DNA from: Octopus sinensis
Taxonomy: Eukaryota
Direction of reading: 5' to 3'
DNA: 64,000 nt
Assembly: GCF_006345805.1 (NCBI RefSeq)
Contig: NW_021833080.1
Coordinates: forward strand, 1 to 64,000
Numbering within the stretch: the first letter of the stretch is position 1; every line of letters starts with the position of its first letter. The notes under the pieces are model-generated. The model worked only from the letters and a program-made list of their open reading frames with translations, did no database searches and had not been told where the DNA came from. The translations under genes were made by a program, and so were the position numbers. This document shows, piece after piece, positions 41,544-54,891 of the stretch.

Positions 41544-41715
41544 ACACGATCCCTATTGAACGGCTTCCTTTTTCTTTCTTTCCACGATCCCTTTTGATCG
41601 AAATTCTACACCCACCTTTTTTTCTTTCCTTCCCCAAAAGAAAAGCTCTACTTTGTATTTTGTCCCCCCCCGCCCTCTGTGTTCAGCCCTGTGTAGCTAA
41701 TAAAGAAACGTGTCT
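40968..41715 (+). mobile_element. RTE-like LINE 3' remnant with a duplicated 3' tail (41195-41470 and 41543-41715)
   Basis: [22 protein letters not shown] resembles the RW.GHVARM.D.R..K.IL terminus; the tail ACACGATCCCTATTGA..AAGAAAC(TATC)n occurs twice. Confidence 0.45.
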
Positions 41716-41925
41716 ATCTATCTATATCAAATAATAATTATAATAAGGATTATTACGAAGTAGCATTAGCATTACCTTTAATTTCTTTTTATACATGTTC
41801 AACTTCGACTAGACCTACACGTGTTTCCTCTGCATCAATTAGTAACTGTTTCAATAGCAACCTTACTACAATACCGGTGCAGTTTCTCAGATATCTGTAA
41901 ATTTATATTTTGTTTGATGACAGAT

Positions 41926-42298
41926 AGGCGAAGGAGTGGCTGTGTGGTAAGTAGCTTGCTAACCAACCACACGGTTGCGGGTTCAGTCCCACTGCGTGGC
42001 ATCTTGGGCAAGTGTCTTCTGCTATAGCCCCGGGCCGACCAATGCCTTGTGAGTGGATTTGGTAGACGGAAACTGAAAGAAGCCTGTCGTATATATGTAT
42101 ATATATGTATATGTGTGTGTGTTTTTGTGTGTCTGTGTTTGTCCCCCTAGCATTGCTTGACAACCGATGCTGGTGTGTTTACGTCCCCGTCACTTAGCGG
42201 TTCGGCAAAAAGAGACCGATAGAATAAGTACTAAAAGGTGGTGCTCCAGCATGGCCGCAGTCAAATGACTGAAACAAGTAAAAGAGTAAAAGAGTAGA
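41926..42298 (+). mobile_element. SINE family A
   Basis: Homologous to 6832-7235. Confidence 0.9.
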
Positions 42299-42503
42299 TA
42301 TTTCGATGATTGCATTGATTGCAAAGAGATATATGCAAAAAGACGAATATAGAAACAAAACAACCGAACGGAAAATGAAAACTAGCCGAAAATCAAGAGG
42401 ATCTCAAAATGGCAACGACAATATTTATATACAAGCAAATATAACAGTCGCTAATTTCGATCTAAAGTTGTTTGAATCTAAAATTGAAATGATATATATG
42501 TGT

Positions 42504-42541
<38 letters not shown>

Positions 42542-42701
42542 ACGCACACACACACATATTATATATATATAAAAACTTGGAGAAGAGAAATAGAGAAATA
42601 ACGCGTGCGTTCGGTCATATAGTAATATAATAAATAAAAAATATATGCCATATATACATACATATATTTCATACCTACATCTACATGTATATATACATAA
42701 T

Positions 42702-42770
<69 letters not shown>

Positions 42771-42804
42771 TATACATATATATACATACACATATATATA
42801 TAAT

Positions 42805-42860
<56 letters not shown>

Positions 42861-42989
42861 GAGTACACGGACACCACAAATAGACGTAGAACACAACGAG
42901 AGACGAGAACATAAAAGCAAACAAGGAAACGGACTTTTTTTAAACAACGAAAAAACAGAGTACAAGACAAACAATACAAGGAAAATTCC

Positions 42990-43034
42990 CCTTCATCAGC
43001 TGTCCCTGGGTCGACTCAAAGTGTGTTTCGAAGG
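42990..43034 (-). ncRNA. Decayed hammerhead-like motif in a (TA)n-flanked repeat (42860-43060)
   Basis: CCTTC-GAAAC-ACACT..CTGATGA-AGGGG; ACACT is interpretable as CpG-decayed GCGTY. Confidence 0.4.
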
Positions 43035-43721
43035 TAAGGACAGAACACAGTCGAAGCATATATATATGTGGTGTGTGTGTGCGTGTATGTGTGTTAGGAT
43101 TATAGTTCCCTAAAAAATCTGCCTTGTTACTTCATTTCAGAATTTGTCAGTGGAAAATTGACTCGTTTTAAAAGATGGTTAAAACCGCCTATCATATAAA
43201 AGTACTGTAAAGTGTATATTCCATGTACATAGTACAGTGAGTATTTGTCTCAAATCTCGATTCTCTTCGTTTTAACCGGGTAATTATTCTAGTCCGTGCG
43301 ATGTTATATTTTAGCACTTGGCTTGTGTTTAGGAGACATTTTGTATTCTGTACTATGAGATTTTTTTAACGGAGTATTCAATCATATTATAACCGAGCGG
43401 CACTTCATTCACAAAGAATAGTACACGTTTACATCACATGCTTCTGTGTGTGTACGTATTCATGCAAATCTATATCGAAACATACGCATGTATATAGCGC
43501 GCTCATATAGACAGAAAACTTAATAGGGCCCGATGAGGGAGGGATCATCAAAACAGATTGCCTGTGTTTGTATGCATGAATATTGTACAGATGTCTATAG
43601 ATAAACACCCATACTCATCTCAGAAGCAAACACACACACATGGATATCTATCCATCCATCCATCCATCCATCCATCTATCTATCTAGCTACATATAAGTG
43701 TATATATGTTAGTGCATGTGG

Positions 43722-43752
<31 letters not shown>

Positions 43753-43860
43753 TATATATATATACATATATATATATATATTATATATACATATCTATCT
43801 ATCTATCTATCTATCTATATCTATCTATCTATCGATCTATCTATCTATCTATCTATCTAA

Positions 43861-43905
<45 letters not shown>

Positions 43906-43934
43906 CACATATATATATACATACATATATATAT

Positions 43935-44335
43935 ATATGCTGGCTGTGTGGTAAGTAGCTTGTTTACCAACCACATGGTTCCGGTTCAGTCCCACTGTGT
44001 GGCACCTTGGGAAAGTGTCTTCTTCTATAGCCTAGGGGCCGACCAAAGCCTTGTGAGTGGATTTGGTAGACGGAAACTGAAAGAAGCCCGTCGTATATAT
44101 GTATATATATATGCGTGTGTGTGTTTGTGTGTCTGTGTTCGTCCCCCTAGCATTGCTTGACAACCGATGCTGGTGTGTTTATGTCCCCGTTACTTAGCGG
44201 TTCGGCAAAAGAGACGTAGAATAAGTACTGGGCTTACAGAAGAATAAGACCCGGGGTCGAGTTGCTCGATTAAAGGCGGTGCTCCAGCATGCCGCAGTCA
44301 AACGACGACTGAAACAAGTAAAATAGTAAAAGAGT
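43935..44335 (+). mobile_element. SINE family A
   Basis: Homologous to 6832-7235. Confidence 0.9.
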
Positions 44336-44399
44336 ATATATATATATATATATAATATATAATATATATAATATATATATATACTATATATATTTATAT

Positions 44400-45775
44400 A
44401 TTATTGTTAATGTAGTAAAATAGAACATATGCATATATATAAACATATATGTACGTACCTACTCTACATGTACATATACAACCATATATGTGTACAGCGA
44501 CACCAAAAAGACGTCGAACACTAGAAGAGAGCGAAACACATAGACCACAAACCAAGGAACAGACAAGCAAAAAAAGAGGAGAGATACAGGACAATAAGCA
44601 CAACGAAAAAAACCCTTTTCAGTCGCTAAGATTCATCTACTAACGTTCGAAGGATAAGGCGAGACGTATACTTCGAAGAAAAAATTCCTTCCCGCGAAAA
44701 GCAAATCAATTAAAATTCTGAGATCTTTTCGCAGAGGGGTAAAAAAAAAAGAAAAAAAAAAGAAGCAAGCAACGACGCGTAACGACAGTACAAACATATA
44801 ACGTAAAAAATATATATATAAACAGTGGAAAAAATAAATATATAACAGTGAGAGACAGGACAAGGAGAACAAGATAAGAAGGGCTGTTAACGCCAGACGA
44901 AAAAAGTATTGCAAACGTTTGATGATCGTGGACGACGAGAGAGAGCAAATGTAGTCGACCAGTAGCCTTTACAAGGCGGGCGAGAAAGACATGCCAGATA
45001 GCAGTTACGCGGAAGTATCGTCGCAGATGGAAGACGGGAATGGGGGAGGGGAGGAGGAGCAGGAGGAAGAGAGAGAAGAAGGGGAATGGTGCGAGGAGAC
45101 ATGAAGAATGGTGAAAATGAGTTGAAGCGGAGAGATGAGAATGAAAATGAGAGAGAGGGGAAGAGACAAGTTAAGTGAGGGAAAAAAAAGACGACGAAAA
45201 GGGGAATGGGAGAGAAAGAAAGAAAGATGCAGAGTCGCGTGAGAGTTAATATCAAGGCTAATGATAAACAGAACAATCTTACTTAATAGGGTGCGTGCGT
45301 TTAGTCGTCTAATATGTTAATAAATAGAACATATGCCATATATTTAAACATATATGTACGTACCTAACTCTACATGTACATATACACCCATATATGTGTA
45401 CAGGACACCAAAAAGACGTCGAACACATAGAGAGACGAAACACATAGACACAAACCAAGGAACAAGACAAGCAAAAAAGAGAGAGATACAGGACAATAAG
45501 CACAACGAAAAAACCCCTTCTTCAGTCGCTAAGATTTCATCTACTAAACGTTTCGAAGGATAAAAGCGAGACGTATACTTCGAAGAAAAATTCCTTCCGC
45601 GAAAAGCCAATCAATTAAAATTCTGAGATCTTTTCGCAGAGGGGTAAAAAAAAAAAGAAGCAAGACGGTAACGACAGTACAACATATAAACATAAAAAAT
45701 ATATATATAAACAGTGGAAAATAAATATATAACAGTGAGAGACAGGACAAGGAGAACAAGATAAGAAGGGCTATA
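44400..45775. repeat. Direct duplication (~44400-44885 and ~45306-45775) separated by a purine-rich 420-bp insert
   Basis: Copies differ mainly by small indels. Confidence 0.9.
45514..45559 (-). ncRNA. Type II-permuted hammerhead-like motif
   Basis: CCTTC-GAAAC-GT-T-[TAGTAGAT GAA ATCTTAGCGA]-CTGAAGA-AGGGG; both core strands intact, palindromic ACGT stem III, imperfect stem I; same family as 42990-43034. Confidence 0.55.
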
Positions 45776-45793
45776 CTACCCACAAGGGGCTAA

Positions 45794-45841
<48 letters not shown>

Positions 45842-46541
45842 CACGTGCTGTAGCTTTAAGAAGCTCCAGGGAGATCTGCACAGCAGGTCTTCAGAAAATA
45901 ATGTATGTTTCTATAAATGTATAAATACTTGCATTATATTATGTATGTACGTATGTATGTGTGTATGTGTGTGTGTGCTTTGGATATGTATGTATTTATG
46001 TATGTTTGTATGTATGTTTGTATGTATGTATGTAAGTATGTATGTATGTTTGTGTGTATATATGTAAGGCAAGTTGGTCTGTGTAAGTCGGAAACCCGTG
46101 TTCATGTATATATATCTACACGCGTCGTCTACATTTATAGAGACCCCCCCCACCCCAAAAAAAATATCTACGCCCCCTCCTCCTGTTGTATATCTTAGCA
46201 AAATAATTTTATAAGGAAAGAAAAAGAAAAAAGGAAGAGAAAAGTAGTTATAAAATGCATACCCCATTCGAAAATAGACGTTAAATCTAAAAAAAAAAAA
46301 TAATAATAAGCTAAAAAGAAATGCACAAGAGGACAACTGCAGCAATAACAACAACAGTAACAACAACAAAACCATTAGCTACATTAAAGCTATTGGTAAT
46401 AATAATACTATTAATAACGATGAGGAACTGAAGCAGAAATATAGATAAGAACGAAAGAAATACAGAGAGAGGAAGACTAATGGAAACAAAGAGAGTGCAA
46501 CCAGAGGCTATAAACCACGGTTTATACCTGTTTCTCTATCT

Positions 46542-46579
<38 letters not shown>

Positions 46580-46618
46580 GTGTGAATGTACACATGCATT
46601 TATATATATATATAAAAT

Positions 46619-46660
<42 letters not shown>

Positions 46661-46876
46661 ACGAACGTATGTTCGTTTATACATATCTATATAGACACGC
46701 ACACATACGCGTTTATATAATATACACACACATTACATATGTATATATATATATACACACAAACATAGTATATATTTATATATATATTCGGATGTAATAT
46801 GTGTGTGTTATATATATAGTTATATATCTACATATATCTATCTATATATATGTATGTATGTATATATGTGTATATA

Positions 46877-46963
<87 letters not shown>

Positions 46964-47344
46964 ATAGTAATAGATAGATATATAGACGAATGAAAAGTGA
47001 CGTTTTATGCGTGTGTGTGTTTGCGTGCGTGGGTGCGTGTGTGGCGTACGTGTGCGCGCGTTTGTGTGTGTGTGTGTGTATGTGTGTGTGTGTGTGTGTG
47101 TCTGCGTGTGTGTGTGTGTTTGTGTGTGTGTGGATCTGACAAACTAAATACACTGTACTATAAAATATTGTAGTTTTATTTTCGTTAGATTGTCAGAAAC
47201 TGCAGAAACAAAGCATTTTACTAGAGTTTGCCTGCATTTTCACGTCTCTGCCTGCCACGCACTCCCACTCCGCTTGTTGTTTTAGACTTGTTCTGCCAGC
47301 GTGACCTATCAGACACATATTGCGTTTTTATTATATGTAAGAAG

Positions 47345-48490
47345 TTGGCAAGCTGGCAGAAACGTTAGCACGCTCGGCGAAATGCGTAGCCGTATTTCGT
47401 CTGCCGTTACGTTCTGAGTTCAAATTCAGCCGAGGTCGACTTTGCCTTTCATCATTACGGTGTCGATTAAATAAGTACCAGTTACGCACTGAGGTCGATA
47501 TAATCGACTTAATCCGTTTGTCTGTCCTTGTTTGTCCTCTCTGTATTTTGCCCCTTGTGGGTAGTAAAGAAATAGGTATTTCGTGTGCTGCTAAGTTCTG
47601 AGTTCAAATTCCGCCGAGGTAGTATTTGCTTTTCATCCTTTCGACGTCGATAAATTAAGTACCAGTTGCGTAATTTCCCAAAAATTCGGGCTTTGTGCCT
47701 ATAATAGAAAAGATTATATGTAAGAAGGCGACGGGCAGGCAGAATCGTTAGCACGCCGGGCGAAATGCTTTGCGGTATTTCGTCTGCCGTTACGTTCTGA
47801 GTTTAAATTACGCCGAGATCGACGTGCCTTTAATCTTTTCGGGGTCGATTAAATAAGTATCAGTTACGCACTGGGGTCGATATAATCGACTTAATCCGTT
47901 TGTCTATCCTTGTTTGTCCTCTCTGTGTGTAGCCCCTTGTGGGTAGTAAAGAAATAAGTATTTCGTCTATCTTTACGTTCCGAGTTCACTTTGCCTTTCA
48001 TCCATCCGGGGTCGATAAATTAAGCATAGGGAACACTGGGGTCGATGTAATCGACTAGTCCCCTCTCCCCAAATTTCAAGGCATTGTGCCTTCAGTACAA
48101 AGGATTATATCTAAGAAGGCGGCGAGCGGGCAGAAACGTTAGCACGCCGGGCGAAATGCGTAGCTGTATTTCGTCTGCCGCTACGTTCTGAGTTCAAATT
48201 CCGCCGAAGTCGATTTTGCTTTTCATCCTTTCGGGGTCGATTAAGTAAGTACCAGTCACGCCCTGGGGTCGATATAATCGACTAATCCGTTTCTCAGTCC
48301 TTGTTTGTCCTCTGTGTGTTTAGCCCCTTGTGGGTAGTAGAGAAATAGGTATTTCATCTGTCTTCCGTTCTGAGTTCGACTTTGCGTTTCATCCTTTCGG
48401 GGTCGATAAATTAAGTACCAGTTGCTTACTTTGGTCGATCCAAACGACTGGCCCCCGCCCCCAAAGTTTCGGGCCTTGTGCTAGAGTAGA
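47345..48490 (+). mobile_element. Cluster of SINE family C multimers (three head-led blocks)
   Basis: Heads at about 47345, 47730 and 48120, each followed by two units. Confidence 0.88.
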
Positions 48491-49589
48491 ACAGTTTATA
48501 TGTACGATTTTATTACAAAATATATTTTTGTTGTCGATGGAGGTATTTCGATGTAACTTTCCTTCTTATTTTAATTTACCGCCTTATTGGTCCATTACAA
48601 GTCTCTAATGAGCTAGAATTGACATGTATATTTGTGTTACAATTATCTTACAATTTTAGCAACACCTCTGATAAATCTGCTTGATAACATACATTGATAT
48701 GCTATCTCAATTTGTATTATATGTATATAATTGTGCTTTAGTTAACCTGTTATCTATTATTATAGGCCGTACCTAGATATCTTACTTATATTTATACTTG
48801 TACATAAATGTCGTTCAATAACCACATTATTCCAATCTCTTACATGAAAATCGCTCACCTTTCTAGTATTTCTTGCATTTTTCATGCAATTTACGTCACT
48901 GTTTGTTCAGATTTTTGTTTTCATCGCAGCAATATCAAGTGCTGCAAAAGATATCTTATAGACGGACTTATTAAGTAAAGTGCAATGCAATTTTTATGTG
49001 CCTAAAATATATTACAAGCTTCTAAATGTTCGTATTATTTCAGAGTTTTTTTTTTCTAATATACTCCGTGCATCTACAAGAAAAAAAATCTTTTATTCTT
49101 TTACTCGTTTGAGTCATTTGGCAGCGATCATGCTGGAGCACCGCCTTTAGTCGGAGAATTCGGCCCCAGAATTTATCCGTTGTAAGCCTAATACTTATTT
49201 TATCGGTGTCTTTTGAAGAACTAAGTTACGGGGACGGAAACACACCAACATAGGTTGTCAAGCGATGGTGGAATCCAAACACAGACATATCCATATATAT
49301 ATATATATATATAATGAAGGGTGAAATTAATTAATTTGGAAAAATTATCAATTACACCAAGTAGTCTTCGGATGTAAAAGCCTCATTCGAGGAAAATTTA
49401 AGTAATACTAAGCAATAAGGGTTTAGCAACGAATTGCCTTACCAATACCGAATTTAGAAATAGCAGTCAAAGGGTTATAGCTATTTCTTTACTAAAAAGG
49501 GAGATCTCAGTAAAAACAGCATTTGGAAGCAGACACAACAGGTAAGAGAGAATGAATTGACTGCAATCTATCATACATTTTTTTAGTTA

Positions 49590-49693
49590 TCTACGGACGT
49601 ACGTTTCGAAATCAAGTTTTAGGAAAGCATAAGAATAAATATTAATATTAAATAATTCTATCTTACCGAAACTTCTTTTCTCTTCAGCGTAGA
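49590..49693 (-). ncRNA. Type I hammerhead ribozyme, array copy 1
   Basis: Reverse complement reads TCTACG CTGAAGA..GAAA CGTACG TC CGTAGA. Confidence 0.85.
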
Positions 49694-50183
49694 ATACTAT
49701 AATCATAAATGATTATATATTGAATTTTGAGATACCAGAAGGCACACAACTCAACTCAGTATCAGAGCGAGCTAGAATCCGCAACTGGTATCACCGAATT
49801 CAATTTGATGATGAAACGATTGCGTCAACATCCCCTTCCCACCCGCGTGTAGCCAAAACAAGATACTGTGGTCATCTACTGAGATAAAATATGGTTATCC
49901 GTAATAATGAAGGGTGAAATTAATTAATTTGGAAAAATTATCAATTACACCAAGTAGTCTTCGGCATGTAAGCCTCATTCGAGGAAAATTTAAGTAATAC
50001 TAAGCAATAAGGGTTAGCAACGAATTGCCTTACCACATACCGAATTTAGAAATAGCAGTCAAAGGGTTATAGCTATTTCTTCTACTAAAAAGGGAGATCT
50101 CAGTAAAAACAGCATTTGGAAGGCAGACACAAACAGGTAAGAGAGAATGAATTGACTGCAATCTATCATACATTTTTTAGTTA

Positions 50184-50290
50184 TCTACGGACGTACGTTT
50201 CGAAATCAAGTTTTTAGGAAAGCATAAGAATTAAATATTAAATATTAAATAATTCTATCTTACCGAAACTTCTTTTCTCTTCAGCGTAGA
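50184..50290 (-). ncRNA. Type I hammerhead ribozyme, array copy 2
   Basis: Core and stems intact. Confidence 0.85.
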
Positions 50291-50785
50291 ATACTATAAT
50301 CATAAATGATTATATATTGAATTTTGAGATACCAGAAGGCACCAACTCAACTCAGTATCAGAGCGAGCTAGAATCCGCAAATGGTATCACCGAATTCAAT
50401 TTGTGAATGAAACGATTGCGTCAACATCCCCTTCCCACCGCGTGTGTAGCCAAAACAAGATACTGTGGTCATCTACTGAGATAAAATATGGTTATCCGTA
50501 ATAATGAAGGGTGAAATTAATTAATTTGGAAAAATTATCAATTACACCAAGTAGTCTTCGGCATGTAAAAGCCTCATTCGAGGAGGAAAATTTAAGTAAT
50601 ACTAAGCAATAAGGGTTTAGCAACGAATTGCCTTACCACATACGAATTTAGAAATAGCAGTCAAAGGGTTATAGCTATTCTTCTACTAAAAAGGGAGATC
50701 TCAGTAAAAACAGCATTTGGAAGGCAGACACAAACAGGTAAGAGAGAATGAATTGACTGCAATCTATCATACATTTTTTTAGTTA

Positions 50786-50893
50786 TCTACGGACGACGTA
50801 CGTTTCGAAATCAAGTTTTTAGGAAAGCATAAGAATTAAATATTAAATATTAAATAATTCTATCTTACCGAAACTCTTTCTCTTCAGCGTAGA
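50786..50893 (-). ncRNA. Hammerhead, array copy 3 (3-nt GTC duplication at the cleavage site)
   Basis: Plus strand reads GGACGACGTACG instead of GGACGTACG. Confidence 0.7.
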
Positions 50894-51382
50894 ATACTAT
50901 AATCATAAATGATTATTATTGAATTTTGAGATACCAGAAGGCACCAACTCAACTCAGTATCAGAGCGAGCTAGAATCCGCAACTGGTATCCCGAATTCAA
51001 TTTGTGAATGAAACGATTGCGTCAACATCCCCTTCCACCCGCGTGTAGCCAAAACAAGATACTGTGGTCATCTACTGAGATAAAAATGGTTATCCGTAAT
51101 AATGAAGGGTGAAATTAATTAATTTGGAAAAATTATCAATTACACCAAGTAGTCTTCGGCATGTAAAAGCCTCATCGAGGAGGAAAATTTAAGTAATACT
51201 AAGCAATAAGGGTTTAGCAACGAATTGCCTTACCACATACCGAATTTAGAAATAGCAGTCAAAGGGTTATAGCTATTTCTTCTACTAAAAAGGGAGATCT
51301 CAGTAAAAACAGCATTTGGAAGGCAGACACAAACAGGTAAGAAGAATGAATTGACTGCAATCTATCATACATTTTTTAGTTA

Positions 51383-51489
51383 TCTACGGACGTACGTTTC
51401 GAAATCAAGTTTTTAGGAAAGCATAAGAATTAAATATTAAATATTAAATAATTCTATCTTACCGAAACTTCTTTTCTCTTCAGCGTAGA
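51383..51489 (-). ncRNA. Type I hammerhead ribozyme, array copy 4
   Basis: Core and stems intact. Confidence 0.85.
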
Positions 51490-51977
51490 ATACTATATCA
51501 TAAATGATTATATATTGATTTTGAGATACCAGAAGGCACCAACTCAACTCAGTATCAGAGCGAGCTAGAATCCGCAACTGGTATCACCGAATTCAATTTG
51601 TGAATGAAACGATTGCGTCAACATCCCCTTCCACCCGCGTGTAGCCAAAACAAGATACTGTGGTCATCTACTGAGATAAAATATGGTTATCCGTAATAAT
51701 GAAGGGTGAATTAATTAATTTGGAAAAATTATCAATTACACCAAGTAGTCTTCGGCATGTAAAAGCCTCATTCGAGGAAAATTTAAGTAATACTAAGCAA
51801 TAAGGGTTTAGCAACGAATTGCCTTACCACATACCGAATTTAGAAATAGCAGTCAAAGGGTATAGCTATTTCTTCTACTAAAAAGGGAGATCTCAGTAAA
51901 AACAGCATTTGGAAGGCAGACACAAACAGGTAAGAGAGAATGAATTGACTGCAATCTATCATACATTTTTTTAGTTA

Positions 51978-52080
51978 TCTACGGACGTACGTTTCGAAAT
52001 CAAGTTTTAGGAAAGCATAAGAATTAAATATTAATTAAATAATTCTATCTTACCGAAACTTCTTTTCTCTTCAGCGTTGA
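51978..52080 (-). ncRNA. Type I hammerhead ribozyme, array copy 5 (one stem I mismatch)
   Basis: Plus strand CAGCGTTGA instead of CAGCGTAGA. Confidence 0.8.
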
Positions 52081-52571
52081 ATACTATAATCATAAATGAT
52101 TATATATTGAATTTTGAGATACCAGAAGGCACCAACTCAACTCAGTATCAGAGCGAGCTAGAATCCGCAACTGGTATCACCGAATTCAATTTGTGAATGA
52201 AACGATTGCGTCAACATCCCCTTCCCACCCGCGTGTAGCCAAAACAAGATACTGTGGTCATCTACTGAGATAAAATATGGTTATCCGTAATAATGAAGGG
52301 TGAAATTAATTAATTTGGAAAAATTATCAATTACACCAAGTAGTCTTCGGCATGTAAAAGCCTCATTCGAGGAAAATTTAAGTAATACTAAGCAATAAGG
52401 GTTTAGCAACGAATTGCCTTACCACATACCGAATTTAGAAATAGCAGTCAAAGGGTTATAGCTATTCTTCTACTAAAAAGGGAGATCTCAGTAAAAACAG
52501 CATTTGGAAGGCAGACACAAACAGGTAAGAGAGAATGAATTGACTGCAATCTATCATACATTTTTTAGTTA

Positions 52572-52676
52572 TCTACGGACGTACGTTTCGAAATCAAGTT
52601 TTTAGGAAAGCATAAGAATTAAATATTAAATATTAAATAATTCTATTACCGAAACTTCTTTTCTCTTCAGCGTAGA
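52572..52676 (-). ncRNA. Type I hammerhead ribozyme, array copy 6
   Basis: Core intact; small deletion in distal stem II. Confidence 0.85.
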
Positions 52677-53696
52677 ATACTATAATCATAAATGATTATA
52701 TATTGAATTTTGAGATACCAGAAGGCACCAACTCAACTCAGTATCAGAGCGAGCTAGAATCCGCAACTGGTTCACCGAATTCAATTTGTGAATGAAACGA
52801 TTGCGTCAACATCCCCTTCCCACCCGCGTGTAGCCAAAACAGATACTGTGGTCATCTACTGAGATAAAATATGGTTATCCGTAATAATGAAGGGTGAAAT
52901 TAATTATTTGGAAAAATTATCAATTACACCAAGTAGTCTTCGGCATGTAAAAGCCTCATTCGAGGAAAATTTAAGTAATACTAAGCAATAAGGGTTTAGC
53001 AACGAATTGCCTTACCACATACCGAATTTAGAAATAGCAGTCAAAGGGTTATAGCTATTTCTTCTACTAAAAAGGGAGATCTCAGTAAAAACAGCATTTG
53101 GAAGGCAGACACAAACAGGTAAGAGAGAATGAATTGACTGCAATCTATCATACATTTTTTTAGTTATCTACGGACGTACGTTTCGAGATTTCGAAACGTA
53201 CGTCCGTAGATAACTAAAAAAATGTATGATAGATTGCAGTCAATTCATTCTCTCTTACCTGTTTGTGTCTGCCTTCCAAATGCTGTTTTTACTGAGATCT
53301 CCCTTTTTAGTAGAAGAAATAGCTATAACCCTTTGACTGCTATTTCTAAATTCGGTATGTGGTAAGGCAATTCGTTGCTAAACCCTTATTGCTTAGTATT
53401 ACTTAAATTTTCCTCGAATGAGGCTTTTACATGCCGAAGATACTTGGTGTAATTGATAATTTTTCCAAATTAATTAATTTCACCCTTCATTATTACGGAT
53501 AACCATATTTTATCTCAGTAGATGACCACAGTATTGTTGGCTACACGCGGGTGGGAAGGGGATGTTGACGCAATCGTTTCATTCACAAATTGAATTCGGT
53601 GTACCAGTTGCGGATTCTAGCTCGCCTGATACTGAGTTGAGTTGGTGCCTTCTGGTATCTCAAAATTCAATATATAATCATTTATGATTATAGTAT

Positions 53697-53803
53697 TCTA
53701 CGCTGAAGAGAAAAGAAGTTTCGGTAAGATAGAATTATTTAATATTTAATATTTAATTCTTATGCTTTCCTAAAAACTTGATTTCGAAACGTACGTCCGT
53801 AGA
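53697..53803 (+). ncRNA. Type I hammerhead ribozyme, inverted copy (predicted cut after C53797)
   Basis: Stem I TCTACG(53697-702)/CGTAGA(53798-803); CTGAAGA 53703-709; stem II GAAA/TTTC then AAGTTT/AAACTT and AGAATTA/TAATTCT; GAAA 53786-789; stem III ACG-TA-CGT; GUC site. Confidence 0.88.
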
Positions 53804-54288
53804 TAACTAAAAAAATGTATGATAGATTGCAGTCAATTCATCTCTCTTACCTGTTTGTGTCTGCCTTCCAAATGCTGTTTTTACTGAGATCTCCCTTTTT
53901 AGTAGAAGAAATAGCTATAACCCTTTGACTGCTATTTCTAAATTCGGTATGTGGTAAGGCAATTCGTTGCTAAACCCTTATGCTAGTATTACTTAAATTT
54001 TCCTCGAATGAGGCTTTTACATGCCGAAGACTACTTGGTGTAATTGATAATTTTTCAAATTAATTAATTTCACCCTTCATTATACGGATAACCATATTTT
54101 ATCTCAGTAGATGACCACAGTATCTTGTTTTGGCTACACGCGGTGGGAAGGGGATGTTGACGCAATCGTTTCATTCACAAATTGAATTCGGTGATACCAG
54201 TTGCGGATTCTAGCTCGCTCTGATACTGAGTGAGTTGGTGCCTCTGGTATCTCAAAATTCAATATATAATCATTTATGATTATAGTAT

Positions 54289-54395
54289 TCTACGCTGAAG
54301 AGAAAAGAAGTTTCGGTAAGATAGAATTATTTAATATTTAATATTTAATTCTTATGCTTTCCTAAAAACTTGATTTCGAAACGTACGTCCGTAGA
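54289..54395 (+). ncRNA. Type I hammerhead ribozyme, inverted copy (predicted cut after C54389)
   Basis: Same as 53697-53803. Confidence 0.88.
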
Positions 54396-54891
54396 TAACT
54401 AAAAAAATGTATGATAGATTGCAGTCAATTCATTCTCTCTTACCTGTTTGTGTCTGCCTTCCAAATGCTGTGTTTTTACTGAGATCCTCTTTTAGTAGAA
54501 GAAATAGCTATAACCCTTTGACTGCTATTTCTAAATTCGGTATGTGGTAAGGCAATTCGTTGCTAAACCCTTATTGCTTAGTATTACTTAAATTTTCCTC
54601 GAATGAGGCTTTTACATGCCGAAGAAGACTACTTGGTGTAATTGATAATTTTTCCAAATTAATTAATTTCACCTTCATTATTACGGATAACCATATTTTA
54701 TCTCAGTAGATGACCACAGTATCTTGTTTTGGCTACACGCGGGGTGGGGAAGGGGATGTTGACGCAATCGTTTCATTCACAATTGAATTCGGTGATACCA
54801 GTTGCGGATTCTAGCTCGCTCTGATACTGAGTTGAGTTGGTGCCTTCTGGTATCTCAAAATTCAATATATAATCATTTATGATTATAGTAT

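Noticed and set aside
49760-49780. CA-GTATCAGAGC in the array monomer resembling a tRNA-Met primer binding site (as in plant LTR retrozymes)
   Set aside because: It lacks the TGG, lies antisense to the ribozyme, and matches the plant rather than the animal initiator tRNA end.
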